In this document: in pieces, positions 12,676 to 25,650 of the stretch | Numbering within the stretch: position 1 is the stretch's first letter | How the letters are laid out: each line of letters starts with the position of its first letter | Translations under genes and position numbers: made by a program | DNA from: Tubulanus polymorphus | Taxonomy: Eukaryota > Animalia > Nemertea | Assembly: GCF_964204645.1 (NCBI RefSeq) | Contig: NC_134034.1 | Span: 558,001 to 622,000, forward strand | Length of the DNA stretch: 64,000 bases | Reading direction: 5' to 3' | The notes under the pieces: generated by a model | What the model was told of the DNA's origin: nothing | The model's input: the letters and a program-made list of their open reading frames with translations, nothing else | Database searches by the model: none

Positions 12676-15420
12676 ATGGAAACCAGCTTGAGTTTTGTTT
12701 TTATCGTTGCTATAGTGATGTGTTGGTCAGCTCTGATGACCGGCGGTCAAGCGACTGATGAATCGTTCAGTTTTCGCCTGTTGAGACCGGACGAAGACCC
12801 GGGTGTTAAATTCTCGTCTGGTCCGGTCAGATTTTGGATGGATTGCGCAATTACGTGTGGTGATGACTGGAACTGTGATGGCTACAGATTTGTTTCAGGT
12901 ACATGTGAACTTTATAAGGATTCATCCCGTAAACTTCAAACACCGACTCCGGCAAGCGAGCAGATCATAATTTACGGCAAAGGTAATTTCGTTTTTCTTT
13001 AGAATATAAGTTAGCTTTTAGGTTATACTCTGGACCCAGTTCCACAGTTGTGTGGGTTTAATTTGACTCTGAATCCAGTCCCACAGTTGTGTGGGTTTGA
13101 TTTGACTCTGAATCCAGTTCCACAGTTGTGTGGGTTTAATTTGACTCTGAATCCAGTTCCACAGTTGTGTGGGTTTGATTTGACTCTGAATCCAGTTCCA
13201 CAGTTGTGTGGGTTTAATTTGACTCTGAATCCAGTTCCACAGTTGTGTGGGTTTAATTTGACTCTGAATCCAGTTCCACAGTTGTATAGGTTTAATTTGG
13301 TTCTGAATCCAGTTCCACAGTTGAGTGGGTTCGATTTGACTCTGAATCCAGTTCCACAGTTGTATAGGTTTAATTTGGTTCTGAATCCAGTTCCACAGTT
13401 GTGTGGGTTTAATTTGACTCTGATTCTAGTTCCACAGTTGTGTTGGTCTAATCTGACTCTGAACCCAAACGTGAACCCAAACCTAAACGTGGTCCGGTAC
13501 ACACCTAATAATATTCTGCATTCAAGTAAAAAATTAAGTGATATTTAAGGATTTTCAGTTCTGTATCGAATTCTACATAATTTTGTAATAATAACTGCAA
13601 CATCGACGATGATTTTATTTGCTTTATTTGAGAATTGGCTGGAAACAAAACTAAAATGTGTTCTACTCGATGATAAAAAACGTTCTTCCGTACCACGTAC
13701 TGGAGGATTCTTTATCGGCTTTTTTTTACTTTTTGCGTATGTACTAAATGGAAGGTCACATTTATAATTCACATATATACGTCAAGCATATTGGTGAATC
13801 GGAAATTCAGCCGCGTGTAGACCAGCAGAAACAAACCATATTCTGCAGTCTCTGAAAACGGTTTACTGTCCCCTGATTGTCAGGAACAGTCTCTGAAAAT
13901 GGTTTGCTGTCCCCTGATTGTCAGGAACAGTCTCTGAAAATGGTTTGCTGTCCCCTGATTGTCGGGAACAGTCTCTGAAAATGGTTTACTGTCCCCTGAT
14001 TGTCAGGAACAGTCTCTGAAAATGGTTTGCTGTCCCCTGATTGTCAGGAACAGTCTCTGAAAATGGTTTGCTGTCCCCTGATTGTCGGGAACAGTCTCTG
14101 AAAATGGTTTACTGTCCCCTGATTGTCAGGAACAGTCTCTGAAAATGGTTTACTGTCCCCTGATTGTCAGGAACAGTCTCTGAAAATGGTTTACTGTCCC
14201 CTGATTGTCGGGAACAGTCTCTGAAAATGGTTTACTGTCCCCTGATTGTCAGGAACAGTCTCTAAAAATGGTTTGCTGTCCTTATATATCCTAGACAGTC
14301 TCTGATAAAAGTTTAACAATTGCGAAAAAGATAATTGGTTTTCGATATCAGCTGAATTTTAAATCATGTTATTTGTCACATTGTTATTGATTTGCGTATC
14401 GTGTGTTAAATGTTTGTTACCGCAGTAAATAAAAGTACAGTACATTCCAGAATGGGTGGGGGAGTGGGGGAGAGGGGGTAGGGGTGGGGGGGGGAGGGGG
14501 AGGGGGGAGGGGAGGAGGAGGGGGTGGGGAGGAGGGGGAGGAGGGGGGTGGCGGTGGGGGAGGGGGTAGTAGATCACGCAAGATCTATATGTATACTGGT
14601 ATATCGCGAGCAGACGGGTCAGTTTGTTGTAGGCCTACATAACGTTTGTAATATTTTCAAATCCTTTTATTTTTTCCGTGTTTTTTAATGAATTGTAAAT
14701 ATACTGTTTTACCTCCTTGTATTCCATGCAAATGTGCCGAGCGTTTCGTACGTACGACATCCGTAACTAACTGCGGCAATCGAGGTCTAGAATTTCGAAG
14801 CTGCCCTGATTATTATTCTTTTGATAGGACGATTAATATTTAATTCAATCTAATGATTTTCCACGAATCGGCACGAAATTTGAGATTCCACTCTTTGACT
14901 CTTCAACTAATCCGCAAATATCCACTAACTGTGGAACTGTGGATATAGTGTTATAATCCACGATTGTATCTCCACAGTTTATCGAGGTTGCTATCGCGAC
15001 AGCCAAACTAGAAGGGATTTCCCCGTCACGACCGGACGTCAAACCCCGCAACATCCGGACTTATGCAGAAAAAGCTGCGGGCAAAAAGGTACGCTCTATG
15101 ACGCGTCATACTGGCCGTATGCTACGGCCAATATGACGAATGTGTGAGACTTTTGGTCAGGGATGAAAAATGATATTGAATACTGGACTTGTTATTCAAA
15201 CTTTCAGATAATTGAATCATAGCTGTCTCTTAATGGTTTTTTTTATTGATTACCTCCAGGTTACTACTACGCGGCATTACAAAATACGGATGAATGTTAC
15301 TGCGGCAAGTTCTATGGTAACCAAGGTCGCGTACCTGATTCAGAATGTAACCAAGGTTGCCTTGGTAACGAGCACGTGATGTGTGGCGGACCGTGGCGGA
15401 ATTCTGTTTACACAGTTTGA
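12676..15420 (+). CDS. Secreted PAN/apple-like + WSC domain protein, copy A (192 aa)
   Basis: Exons 12676-12982, 14978-15088, 15260-15420 (phase-1 GT-AG introns). Signal peptide METSLSFVFIVAIVMCWSA; PAN-like Cys pattern DCAITCGDDWNCDGYRFVSGTCELY; WSC pattern YRGCYRD...C...C..KGYYYAALQ..DECYCG...ECNQGCLGNEHVMCGGPWRNSVY. Confidence 0.88.
13032..13462. repeat. 39-bp minisatellite (ccagttccacagttgtgtgggtttaatttgactctgaat)n
   Basis: About 11 copies in copy A intron 1; absent from copy B. Confidence 0.93.
13848..14282. repeat. 41-bp minisatellite (tctctgaaaatggtttactgtcccctgattgtcaggaacag)n, copy A
   Basis: About 10 copies in copy A intron 1. Confidence 0.93.
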
Positions 15421-16500
15421 AACTAGGGTTCACGGCGAACTCAATCGGGACTTTCCGGCTTTCTCCGTGAAAAGTCCATGAATTATTCAAACCTGTTGAG
15501 AACATTCGTGTTTAAGTTTTACACGGAGTTATCGTCACTTTTATATTCAGAAACGACTGTATGACTTTCCCAACAGTTCACAAAAATTCCACGAGAGGGC
15601 GTTAAATCTGCCAAGCGCCAGTCAAATTAGGTCTAGATGTATATAGATCCATCCGTTAGTGTGTGTAAATAGTATGTTGTACATTACGTTTGTAATGTTT
15701 AAAAGTGCTTTTATCTACTGTTTTTGTAAATAATTGTAAAAACTGTTTACCAGTGATTCGGCCGCGGGTCCCAACCATTTATCAATATTACATGAACAGA
15801 ACACAGCTTGTTTAGGTCGTTTTGGAAATATACTTTGTCCGCTACATTTTGAATTACTCTGTATATCATCTAAAATAATTTTCAAAACATTATGTTTTCA
15901 TTTCTGGAGTTTTTGTTAACTATGGCACCGAAAGGGTATTTCTATATTTAACCCAAGTGTTGGCCTGCCGAATAAACATAGTTATCCTAGTGTAGTGCAG
16001 GCAAGATTTGCACTTTAATTTGTTAAAAAATTAAACACGAATTTTCGGAAATATTAGGCTAGACAGACATCATTCAGGGCTGCGTTTTTCAAAACGGCGA
16101 TAAGCCCTATCCCGGTGATAAATCGATATCCCGGTGACAAATATTCTAATCCATAAGAGTATGACCATTTGTCTTTTACTCCTATTTGCACTGGCTATTC
16201 CTAACACTGTGAAGAAGAACAAGAACCATGGACGTATAAACTAATCTAGTTTATACGTCCATGCAAAAACTGACTGATTGCACCTGAGGCGTTGAAGTAG
16301 ATGTGAATAGAAAACTCGCACCACGCGTGAAGCAAACGTAACTTCACTCGATCTTGATGATTGTTTCCCATCCCGCAATTAGTCTGCTTACGTCATTAAC
16401 TGTAACAAGCTTTCGTCTGCTGCGTGAAGTCCTCAGTCTCCGATATCCGGGATACACAAAACCGATCTACAAACGTGACAGCCATAGTCCACCAGTTGCT

Positions 16501-17978
16501 ATGGAAACCAGCTTGAGTTTAGTTTTTCTCGTTGCTATGGTGATGTTTCGGTCAGCTCTGATGACCGGTGGTCAAGCGACTGATGTATCGTTCAGTTTTC
16601 GCAGGTTGAGACCGGACGAAGACCCGGGTGTTAAATTCTCGTCTGTTCCGGTCAGATATTGGATAGATTGCGCAGTCACGTGTGGTGATGATTGGAACTG
16701 TGATGGCTACAGATTTGTTTCAGGTACATGTGAACTTTACAAGGATTCATCCCGCAAACTTCAAACACCGACTCCGGCAAGTGAGCAGATCATTGTCTAC
16801 GGCAAAGGTAATTTAGTTTCTGAAAATGGTTTACTGTCCCCTGATTGTCAGGAACAGTCTCTGAAAATGGTTTACTGTCCCCTGATTGTCAGGAACAGTC
16901 TTTGAAAATGGTTTACTGTCCTCTGATTGTCAGGAACAGTCTCTGAAAATGGTTTACTGTCCCCTGATTGTCAGGAACAGTGTCTGAAAATGGTTTACTG
17001 TCCCCTGATGATTGTCAGGAACAGTCTCTGAAAATGGTTTACTGTCCCCTGATTGTCAGGAACAGTCTTTGAAAATGGTTTACTGTCCTCTGATTGTCAG
17101 GAACAGTCTCTGAAAATGGTTTACTGTCCCCTGATTGTCAGGAACAGTGTCTGAAAATGGTTTACTGTCCCCTGATTGTCAGGAACAGTCTCTGAAAATA
17201 GTTTTTTTTGGGGGGGGGGGGTTGGAGGGCGCTTGGAGGGGCGCTTTGGTCAGCTCCTCGGATGCCATATTCTTCGCTAACTGCGGCAATCGAGGCTTAA
17301 AAGTTCCTGTTGATTATTTTGAATCAACGATAGATATTGAATTCTATTGACTTTCCACTTGTCCACTTTCTTAGCCTTTAACTAATCCAAAAATATCCAG
17401 CCGCTAACTGTGGAACTGTGGATAGGGGTATATATATAATCCACATTTATTATTGTATCCACAGTTTATCGAGGTTGCTATCGCGACAGTAAGTCTAAGC
17501 AAGATTTATCCTTCACAACCGGAAGTCAAACCCCGCAACATCCGGACTTATGCAGAAAACGCTGCGGGAAAAAAGGTACGCTCTATGACGTCATATTGGC
17601 CGTATATATGAGCTACATGCTTTGAGAGACTTTTGGTATGAAAGGGTTGAAAAATGATTATTGAATAATGTGAGAAAACTTGTTGTTTGAAACTTTTAAA
17701 TAATTCATCCGCGCCGTGCTTCTTTTGCCTTGATTATTGTTTTTTCATTGATTACCCTCAGGAACATGTATACACCTTAACTATTTTAATTGGTTTTTTT
17801 TATTGATTTAGGTTACTACTACGCGGCATTACAATATATGACTTACTGCCACTGCGGCAAGTTCTATGGTAACCAAGGTCGCGTACCTGATTCTGAATGT
17901 AACCTAGGTTGCCGTGGTTACGAGCACGTGATGTGTGGCGGATCGTGGCGGAATTCTGTTTATACAGTTTTAAACTAG
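16501..17978 (+). CDS. Secreted PAN/apple-like + WSC domain protein, copy B (194 aa)
   Basis: Exons 16501-16807, 17465-17575, 17812-17978. Exons 1 and 2 have the same sizes and phases as copy A, all domain cysteines are retained and the reading frame is intact. Confidence 0.88.
16818..17200. repeat. 41-bp minisatellite, copy B
   Basis: About 9 copies of the same unit as 13848-14282, starting 10 nt after the exon 1 donor. Confidence 0.93.
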
Positions 17979-18199
17979 GGTTCACGACAAACTCGATCGG
18001 GACTTTCCGGCATTTTCCGTGAATCGTCTACTTATTATCAAAACCTATTGAAATTATTCGTGTTTTAGTTTTTTTTCTTCATTTTAGTACGGAGTTCATC
18101 ACTTATATATTTAGAAACGACTGTATGATTTTCCTTTAAGAGTTCACAGAAATTCCACGAGAGGGCGTTAAATCTGCCAAGCGCCAGCAGGGCAACTTT

Positions 18200-18350
18200 A
18201 AACTAGGAGACTATCTTGCTAAAATGCCAATTAAATCATGAGTGTTACTAATTCTGCACCGACAACCGTTTGAAAGGAAAGGTATGAACGATTTTGTGAA
18301 AAATGTAACTTAGGCGATCAGACAAATTCTGGAAACGTCCCAGTTCTCTC
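18200..18350 (+). mobile_element. Degraded 3' fragment of a non-LTR retrotransposon ORF2
   Basis: Broken frames read KLGDYLAKMPIKS*VLL / FCTDNR / RYERFCEKCNLGD, resembling the C-terminal R..R.C..C...GDE.H zinc-knuckle region of invertebrate LINE ORF2. Contains a stop and frameshifts. Confidence 0.45.
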
Positions 18351-19862
18351 GTGTACAATGAATTTACTCCCCCAAACTGTGAAAATAGACCTAGATAACT
18401 GTATTTCTAACTGATATATAATTATAGTGATCATTGTCTGTATTTTTCTATTGTACTTTGCTTACCGAATTCCATGAAAACCACTTAGATATAAATACCT
18501 TTCGGAATTTAGATGTATTAAAAAATCCAACTTTAAATGTGGCTGAATTCATCAAATAGGTCCATAGATGTATATAAATCCGTCCATATATATTAGTGCA
18601 AGTGTCCTGTTTATTAAGTTTTGAAATGCTTTTATCTCCATCCATGCAATCAATTGTAAATGCTCATTTTTCCAAAATATATACCGTGGAAATGGTTCGA
18701 GTGTAATAAACATTTGTTCGTATTCGCCTTATTGACATACGCAGCCGTTTCTTAATAAAGTTCAATAATTACGTGTTGCCTAATAGAATGATAAGTACCG
18801 AACGTTTTCACATCGCGAAGAACCTCTGGGGTCTTGCATTTAACAGATGGGTCGATTGAAGTTCTACAAGATTGCCGGAGAATCGGGTTCGAATCCCGTA
18901 TAGCTGGAAAAGTATGGAGTCAGAATGTGAGAATGTCAGGGACAAAGAAACATAAACAAAACCACGACTACGACCACACCCTCGCGAAAACAAAACCAAT
19001 TTCGAAAAAGCTCTTGGAAACAATCAACTGATCAATCTATAAAAAATGTGCTAGACTTAATTATTCAATTCGATATATTTCTACGATAATGAAAATATCC
19101 GATTCGCCTGTGTTTCACAACCAGGAACCTGTGAAATTGATTCATAGACACAGAGAATCATGAGAACCTCCATTACATGAACATGTATCTGGCTAACGCA
19201 CGCACGCCCTAAACCCACCATTACACGTGCTCGCACGACTAGTTCGCCATCTATCGGAAATCACCGTTTAACACAACAGCAACTGAACATAAAAGTTACG
19301 ACGATATGAACCAGTATCAGAACAATTTCACCACTTAGTAGTAGTCTGTGGCAGGGGAGGGCGGACTAAAAACAATCCTTTTCCGGAAGCTGTTTCTGCG
19401 ATAAGATACCGTGACGTCACAGTGCGGCCACGCGTTACAATGTTGTGAACGTCAAAAACATCAACGCCATAAACTCAGCGTAACAAACCGAACGCCGACC
19501 GGAAACACAACAAAGGAAGCACGAACGTCGACGCTAACGACCAACCCCACACCGGAAATAAACCAGCGCTAACTCCGCCGGATCACGTGATAACCTGCGA
19601 TTCCGGTGAAATATCTACATTTTAGTTTTGTTTCATTGTATAATAAATCGTTTATTTGTATTTCTCAGAAATAACGATAATTTCAGTTTATGTTACAACC
19701 TCCAATCCGCAAACAAATAAACCAATTATTTACTTAAACTGCTCACGTATCAATCAGTATTTCCGATTCCTGCATCGCTTCAGACATCTCACATCCGGGC
19801 TCTTCACCCCTTAGACATTCAGACATCCAAGGACCCTGCGCAAACTCTGTACCTGAGTCCAG

Positions 19863-19953
19863 GGTCCAGTTTCACAGTTCCGAGTCAACTCATTGAAAAT
19901 GAACTAAACTTTAACTTAGAGTTAACTCTAACTCACAACTGTGGAACTGGGCC
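19863..19953. mobile_element. PIF/Harbinger-like MITE, family M1
   Basis: TIRs ggtccagtttcacagtt / aactgtggaactgggcc, with CAG on both flanks. Confidence 0.75.
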
Positions 19954-21330
19954 CAGGACATTTAGAGAAGGAGAGGAGAGTTCACAAAAAATGTTTTGTT
20001 TGAGACGAGAAAATTCTGACTCCACTTGAGCTACGTTCAAATTAACCCAGATAACAAGATGACAGCCTTTTAGTTTTTTCTTAGAGAGAAAGAGATTGGT
20101 GTTGTGGTTTTCTAGGTTACGGATAACTCAAGTAGTGTTTCTGGTCACAAGAGCAACATCTTCAATAAACACTTCTACCAGAATATATATTAGTTTTAAT
20201 ATCAAAACCGTTTATTTTCGAGTCGCGTTGTCCATTCTAACCGGGTGAAGGTCACAACACACAAGGTCAAGGTTATAAAATTTCACTGAGTCGTTCATGA
20301 ACTACCGTGCAGCTGTGGCGACACCTAGGGGCTAGAGCAAACACTAAGGTTCTCAGCGATCTCGTTTCACAGCTGTAGCGACCCCTAGCGAGTGGAACAG
20401 ACACCAACTCTTCCAGTCAAGTTATCCGCGTTCATTGAATGGCTATCTAACTCTTCTCTCTCCCTTCTCTCTCCAATCTCTCTTGGCCTTTCTTCTCTCT
20501 CGCCTCTCTCTCATCTCTCTCTCTCTCCTCTCCCCTCGCTCCCCAACTCCTCTCGGCCTCTCTCCTCACTCCAGCCTCTCTCGGCCTCTCTCCTCTCTCC
20601 AGCCTCTTTGGTCTCTCTCTCTCTCACCCTCTCCTTCCCGTCTCTCTCCCTCTCTCTCTAATAAACTACCCTTTCACAGAATACACGACTCAGTCGGTAT
20701 GCGTATAAAAGGTTATTGTGGAGCTAATGAACGTCTCGGAGAGGAAATAATTCAGGTGCGCTGCATTAACCGTAAAGCCTCGATTAGATCACACAGCTGA
20801 AATTCTGTGTATCTGATGATGGTGCGTGATCAATGATATTTCTCGTGTCAGAGTACACAGTATTTTCCCGATCTCCTCTCTCTCTGTGAAGTAGGCGCAG
20901 CGTATATACTTGTCATAGTGTTCACATCATACAGCGACGATCGACGTCATTTTAGTATTTTGTACTTGCAATGTCGCTGAATACAAGACTGCGGTATAGA
21001 ATTATAACGGGGAAATCGGCGGTCGCTTTTTGGGCTTAAAGTCTTACGGTAAGACATCGTGTGCTGTTGGTTGCACAGTCGTAAGTCCAAAAATGGTCGG
21101 TCTTAGTTGTTAGATTGGCTACAGAACTAAGTTGGTCTTTAAGACTGGTCTTAAGTCTAAGGCGTGGTCTATGCAACTGACCCTAGGACAGTTCGCTACT
21201 TGTCTTGGTAAAATGACGAACAAACCGGTCTTTGAATGAACGTTAAAAAAATTTTTGGCCAGGGAGTCTTTAAGCCCGTTTAGAGTTTCATGTCACGGGA
21301 TCACAGACTTGTCAGCTCGTTGTCGCATCG

Positions 21331-21352
21331 TTGCTGCTGCTGCTGCTGCCGC

Positions 21353-21449
<97 letters not shown>

Positions 21450-21463
21450 GCTGCTGCTGCTGG
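21331..21463. repeat. (CTG)n microsatellite
   Basis: About 43 units. Other CAG/CTG tracts at 32179-32292 and 47632-47735. Confidence 0.97.
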
Positions 21464-22024
21464 CTGAGTATTTGAGCGTCTGAATCCCTCAATACTGGCT
21501 TAAAGTAAATATACACGATAATATGATATACTGTACCGTGGGCCTGTTGTAGATAGGAGGAGTAGAGGGAGAGCTAGCAGAGAGAGTGAGCGAGGAGAGT
21601 AAGAGGAGTGGGGGAGAGGAGAGGGGGAGGGACGGAGGGAAGAGAGAGGGAGAGAAGGAGAGAGGGGATGATGACAGTTAGGTAGATAGATATGTATATA
21701 TGTGTGTAATCTATATGTCGGTACTGCGATGATGAATAAGATCGATTCGGAAGCAGATGAAATCCAGAGTGAGTCGCTCGAGTCGAGTCGAGACGAGACG
21801 AGTCGAGACGAGTTGTCTGTGGAGTTGAGCGCGAACGACACTACTGTGTGTGTAACCGCTGTGTGTTACATCGCATTCATAATCCCTATATATCTACTAC
21901 TACTGCTGATGCTGCTGCTGCTGCTGCTGCCGGTGCTGGTGCTGCTGATGCTGTCACCGACGTAAAAAAATTCATAAGCCTTTTCTTCCGTGAAGAACGA
22001 ACACAGAGAGAGACGGACGGACAA

Positions 22025-22125
22025 CAGCGCGCGCGCGCGTGCGTGACGTAGAACCCACCTCGACCAATCAGCGTCGATCGTCTACGCGAACGCGCGTGTG
22101 ACGTCACGACCGTATAGCAATAGAA
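22025..22125 (+). promoter_or_regulatory. Proximal promoter of the RING gene: CRE half-site, CCAAT box, full CRE
   Basis: (CG)n run, TGACGTA near 22044, GACCAATCAG near 22063, TGACGTCA at 22099-22106, TATAGCAA near 22113. Confidence 0.6.
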
Positions 22126-22383
22126 ATGTCAGCGGCTACGGCAGACGAGATTCGACTAGACAACGTTAACCGCAAAACGCGGAAAACATTCGACACGACC
22201 CGGAGTTTCGGGCACGAGTATCTGACGAAGATGCCTCAGAGTCGCCTGATGCGGCCGTTAGTCGTGTTGGCCATACCGGGGATGTATCTGTTCTATAAAT
22301 ACAATCAGTATAAACGTCAACAGCAAGAGCAGCACAGACGACGCGTTACAGAGAAAGAACTCCAACATCTGAATCAAAAAATC
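22126..22383 (+). CDS. Exon 1 of TM-anchored C3HC4 RING finger protein (TM + basic coiled coil)
   Basis: Encodes ...MPQSRLMRPLVVLAIPGMYLFYKYNQYKRQQQEQHRRRVTEKELQHLNQKI, followed by a phase-0 GTGAGT donor at 22384. The true start may be the ATG at 22231, because CCAAT, CRE and TATA-like motifs lie immediately before 22126. Confidence 0.85.
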
Positions 22384-23793
22384 GTGAGTAGCCGATTCTA
22401 TTCTTTATTAAGTTTTAGAAACGATTGTTGTAAGAAAGTCGCGCTGAAGTCGATTATTGTGGCGATCGTTTTGTAGATGACTTATCCAAATGACGACTTA
22501 CTCTTAGCAAAATAAATTAGAAATGTGGATTAGGAATCAAAAATAGAGATGACTTCAGTAATGTGACGACTTATCCAAAATGACGAAAATTGTAGACTTT
22601 GGTAATGTGACGATTCAACTGACTTATATCTCTCTTGAACTGAGACAACGTTGAGTTTTTGTTTTCAACGTGGATGAAATTAACTCATTTTCCAAGATTT
22701 AAGAACATGTACAGAGATTATTCATACAAATCTTGTGTATGTATATATTATACATAGCTTACCCGATACCGGGATCCGTGTCAATTAGGCGTTTCTTTAT
22801 ACTCAACATATAGAATCACTTTACTTAACTTGAGAAATTCTTCTTTGGAATCTCAGGTCTGACTCCTGCAATCTCCGGTCTGACTCCTGCCATCTGAGGG
22901 AAAGAGACATACGAACTATCTATAAAATATGCCCAGAGTCGAGTTCGGTGGTTGAGGGATCCTAACAATGCCCAGGGTGACTCGTTAATCGTTTCAAACT
23001 AATAATGATTTCAAATAACTAATAAAAAAGCAGCTGAATTAGATCCTGAATGTGTTGTATCTGCGCGCCGTTTGCCTTCGAGAATGTGTTGAAACTTTGT
23101 AAGAAAAAATAGTGAATACATGCGTCATAAAATCCACCTTCTCTAAATCGAAAAAACAGAGTTATTGCATTAAAAAAAGAATTTACATTTGCAGTGATTC
23201 AGAAGCGGGATGGATCTATGTGTAATTACTGATTGAGATGAAACGACGAGTATTTGTCTATGAATGATGAACGCACGTAAACGACGGCTGCGCGCATGCG
23301 TCTAAGTGGTTCGGGGATTTTTTTTTTTAAGAAGAAAATTACCCGAAGCCGATATTATATTCTTCAGCGCCGTGAAATTAGGATACATTCATGAGACTTT
23401 ATTAGACTATTAGTTCGTGAAGACCCGGTTATTACTGATTGTATTTAGTGAACCTGATTTCCCCTGGTGGCGCAACTCGCTCATATTCTTACATATTGAT
23501 TTTTCTCCCTTATAATTAGTTATTACAAAACGTAAATAGATGTTTTAGATATTCTCTCACTACGAACTTATCAATGACCGAATTTTTCTAGTATCCGTCA
23601 TACTCGCTAGGGGTCGCTATGTTCTTGCGGGAGTACCCTGAAAACCCTGGGCCCGGTTTCATAGACTGAGTATCAAAGTTATCCCTAGGGGTAAATCCTC
23701 AATTTGGGTGACAACCACCATAGTGACAATGAGAAACCATGGTTATAACTGACAAATTACAAAAACTACATCTCGGGGGGGGGGGGGGTTCAA

Positions 23794-24065
23794 CAAGCAC
23801 CCAAGTGTCTGCACTAGTCACTAGAGGGCCCTGCAGCTGTAAGGAGAGTTAGACAAGCACCCTAGTGTCTGCACTAGTCACTAGAGGGCCCTGCAGCTGT
23901 AAGGAGAGTTAGACAAGCACCCTAGTGTCTGCACTAGTCACTAGAGGGCCCTGCAGCTGTAAGGAGAGTTAGACAAGCACCCTAGTGTCTGCACTAGTCA
24001 CTAGAGGGCCCTGCAGCTGTAAGGAGAGTTAGACAAGCACCCTAGTGTCTGCACTAGTCGCTAGG
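23794..24065. repeat. 60-bp minisatellite (acaagcaccctagtgtctgcactagtcactagagggccctgcagctgtaaggagagttag)
   Basis: About 4.5 near-identical copies. Same family at 42055-42320 and, inverted, at 20310-20400 and 56725-56945. Confidence 0.92.
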
Positions 24066-25650
24066 GGTGCAGAACCCATAAAATCCGAATAATATACATG
24101 ACTTAAACTTGCCCTCCCCGAGATCTGAGGGCACGCGGACACCTGAAGAGAGGGAGATTTCTATATAAATGTATTTCTATGTACCACACATATCTATAAT
24201 TACACACAGACATATACACACTCATACAGATATATATTTAGTTATTAGACGTATCTTAGGGAATTCGAGTTCCACCATTATCGACTATTGCAGACACAAA
24301 AATCAATCAATATTATCGATTAATTGTGAGATATATATCGCGCTAACAACCGATCCTATTACACTATAGCCGTTGTGTTAGGTCAGGCTATACGGGTCTC
24401 TCAATCGATGTTTATATATAGGCTTGTTTATAACGTTCCAACGGCTACAAAAAGGTGAAAACCTATTCGAGGAAAAGGAGCTGGAAGTGGTTAGATTTAT
24501 CCAAGTGGGTTCTAATAACAGACACTGTAACCGCGCGCTAACGCTGAAATCATTTTCTATATCTTGTCCTCTCGTCTGCGAGTCGCTAAAAAGCACTCTT
24601 CACCAGTCGTTTCCGGTTTCCGACAACTATCAACGAGTGTCTACTGTTTACTCGATCAAATTCAATCAGTTTATATTGCCACTAATAAATTAAAGAAAGC
24701 GCATCGAATTCTGAAACAAAACGGGTGTGAATTTCGTAGAAAACATAGATAATATAGACGAGTAAGTTGCAGCGTATTCACACAGGAGTAGTCTGAACTA
24801 GGGTCGTCTGGAGAATAGAGCGACACCAGATGGCGCGACTATAGGCCAGTTAAACTGTAAATAACTTTGTTATGTTTATATTGAATGGTTTCCTCTTCTT
24901 TTAGAGATCAAGGGTAGTTCACGACTTCCGCATTCAAATATTACTAAATGAATCATATGAAATGCGCGATTCACTTTCCTACTTGTGGTGTTTATGTTTT
25001 TTTTTTTCTGAAAATCGATCATTTCTTATCAGAGAAAAATACGAAATGTAGAAGAACTACTAGCGAACCTGGCGGATCCCAACTTACCGCAGTAGCGGTA
25101 CCGGAACCACCCGTTTTATGAAATGGTATTCATTTTCTCTCGGTTCGCCAAACAAAAACACAAAATCTAAAAAAACCCGACTTTTCATTTTACATAGAAG
25201 AAAACGAGATGAATGGTGATAGTAGTGTGTTAGCTAGGCGCGAGGGATAAAGGTTACGCCCGGGGCAGACGATATTCCACCAGCAGCGAGCCAGTGAGCG
25301 CAATGCAATAAGACATATTGGGGTAAATTTGCTCATTTCAATCAAGCGTTTTCTTTGTTCTGTATACGAGTCGATGTAAACAGCTCGACGGTGATAGAAA
25401 TCAATCTAGCGGCTAGAATTTAAAATTAGTTGTATCAATTTCCCATAATAACTGTCGCTACTGTTATAAGGCGCGCGGGCTGCGGGAAAGACAGCGCCGC
25501 CGAGAGTGACTGAATAGCCGAGCGTAATTTAAACAGACTATTATGACCCGACAGGAATCGAACGGGTTTCAGGTCGAAACTAATTTCAATCTCGCCGCTT
25601 CACTTACTGAGCAATGACGTCATCAACAACCAGTTCAGTTCCTAATACTA

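Larger units (their letters stand above)
12350..18187 (+). repeat. Tandem segmental duplication containing the two PAN-WSC genes (units ~12350-15620 and ~15950-18187)
   Basis: Shared upstream sequence (acccaagtgttggcc...gtagtgcaggcaag...gacatcattcagggctgcg), the same 41-bp intronic minisatellite, and a shared 3' flank ending ccacgagagggcgttaaatctgccaagcgccag. Confidence 0.9.

Noticed and set aside
15418-15426. TGA in copy A aligned to TTA in copy B (possible selenocysteine or readthrough)
   Set aside because: It aligns to Leu rather than Cys, lies two codons before the shared TAG, and I saw no SECIS; a simple stop-gain is more likely.
16354-16500. N-terminal extension of copy B in the ORF track
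   Set aside because: Begins at a TTG and is not frame-conserved in copy A; the signal-peptide ATG at 16501 matches 12676.
21255-21516. PolyA/polyC/polyQ ORFs
   Set aside because: Translations of a (CTG)n microsatellite.
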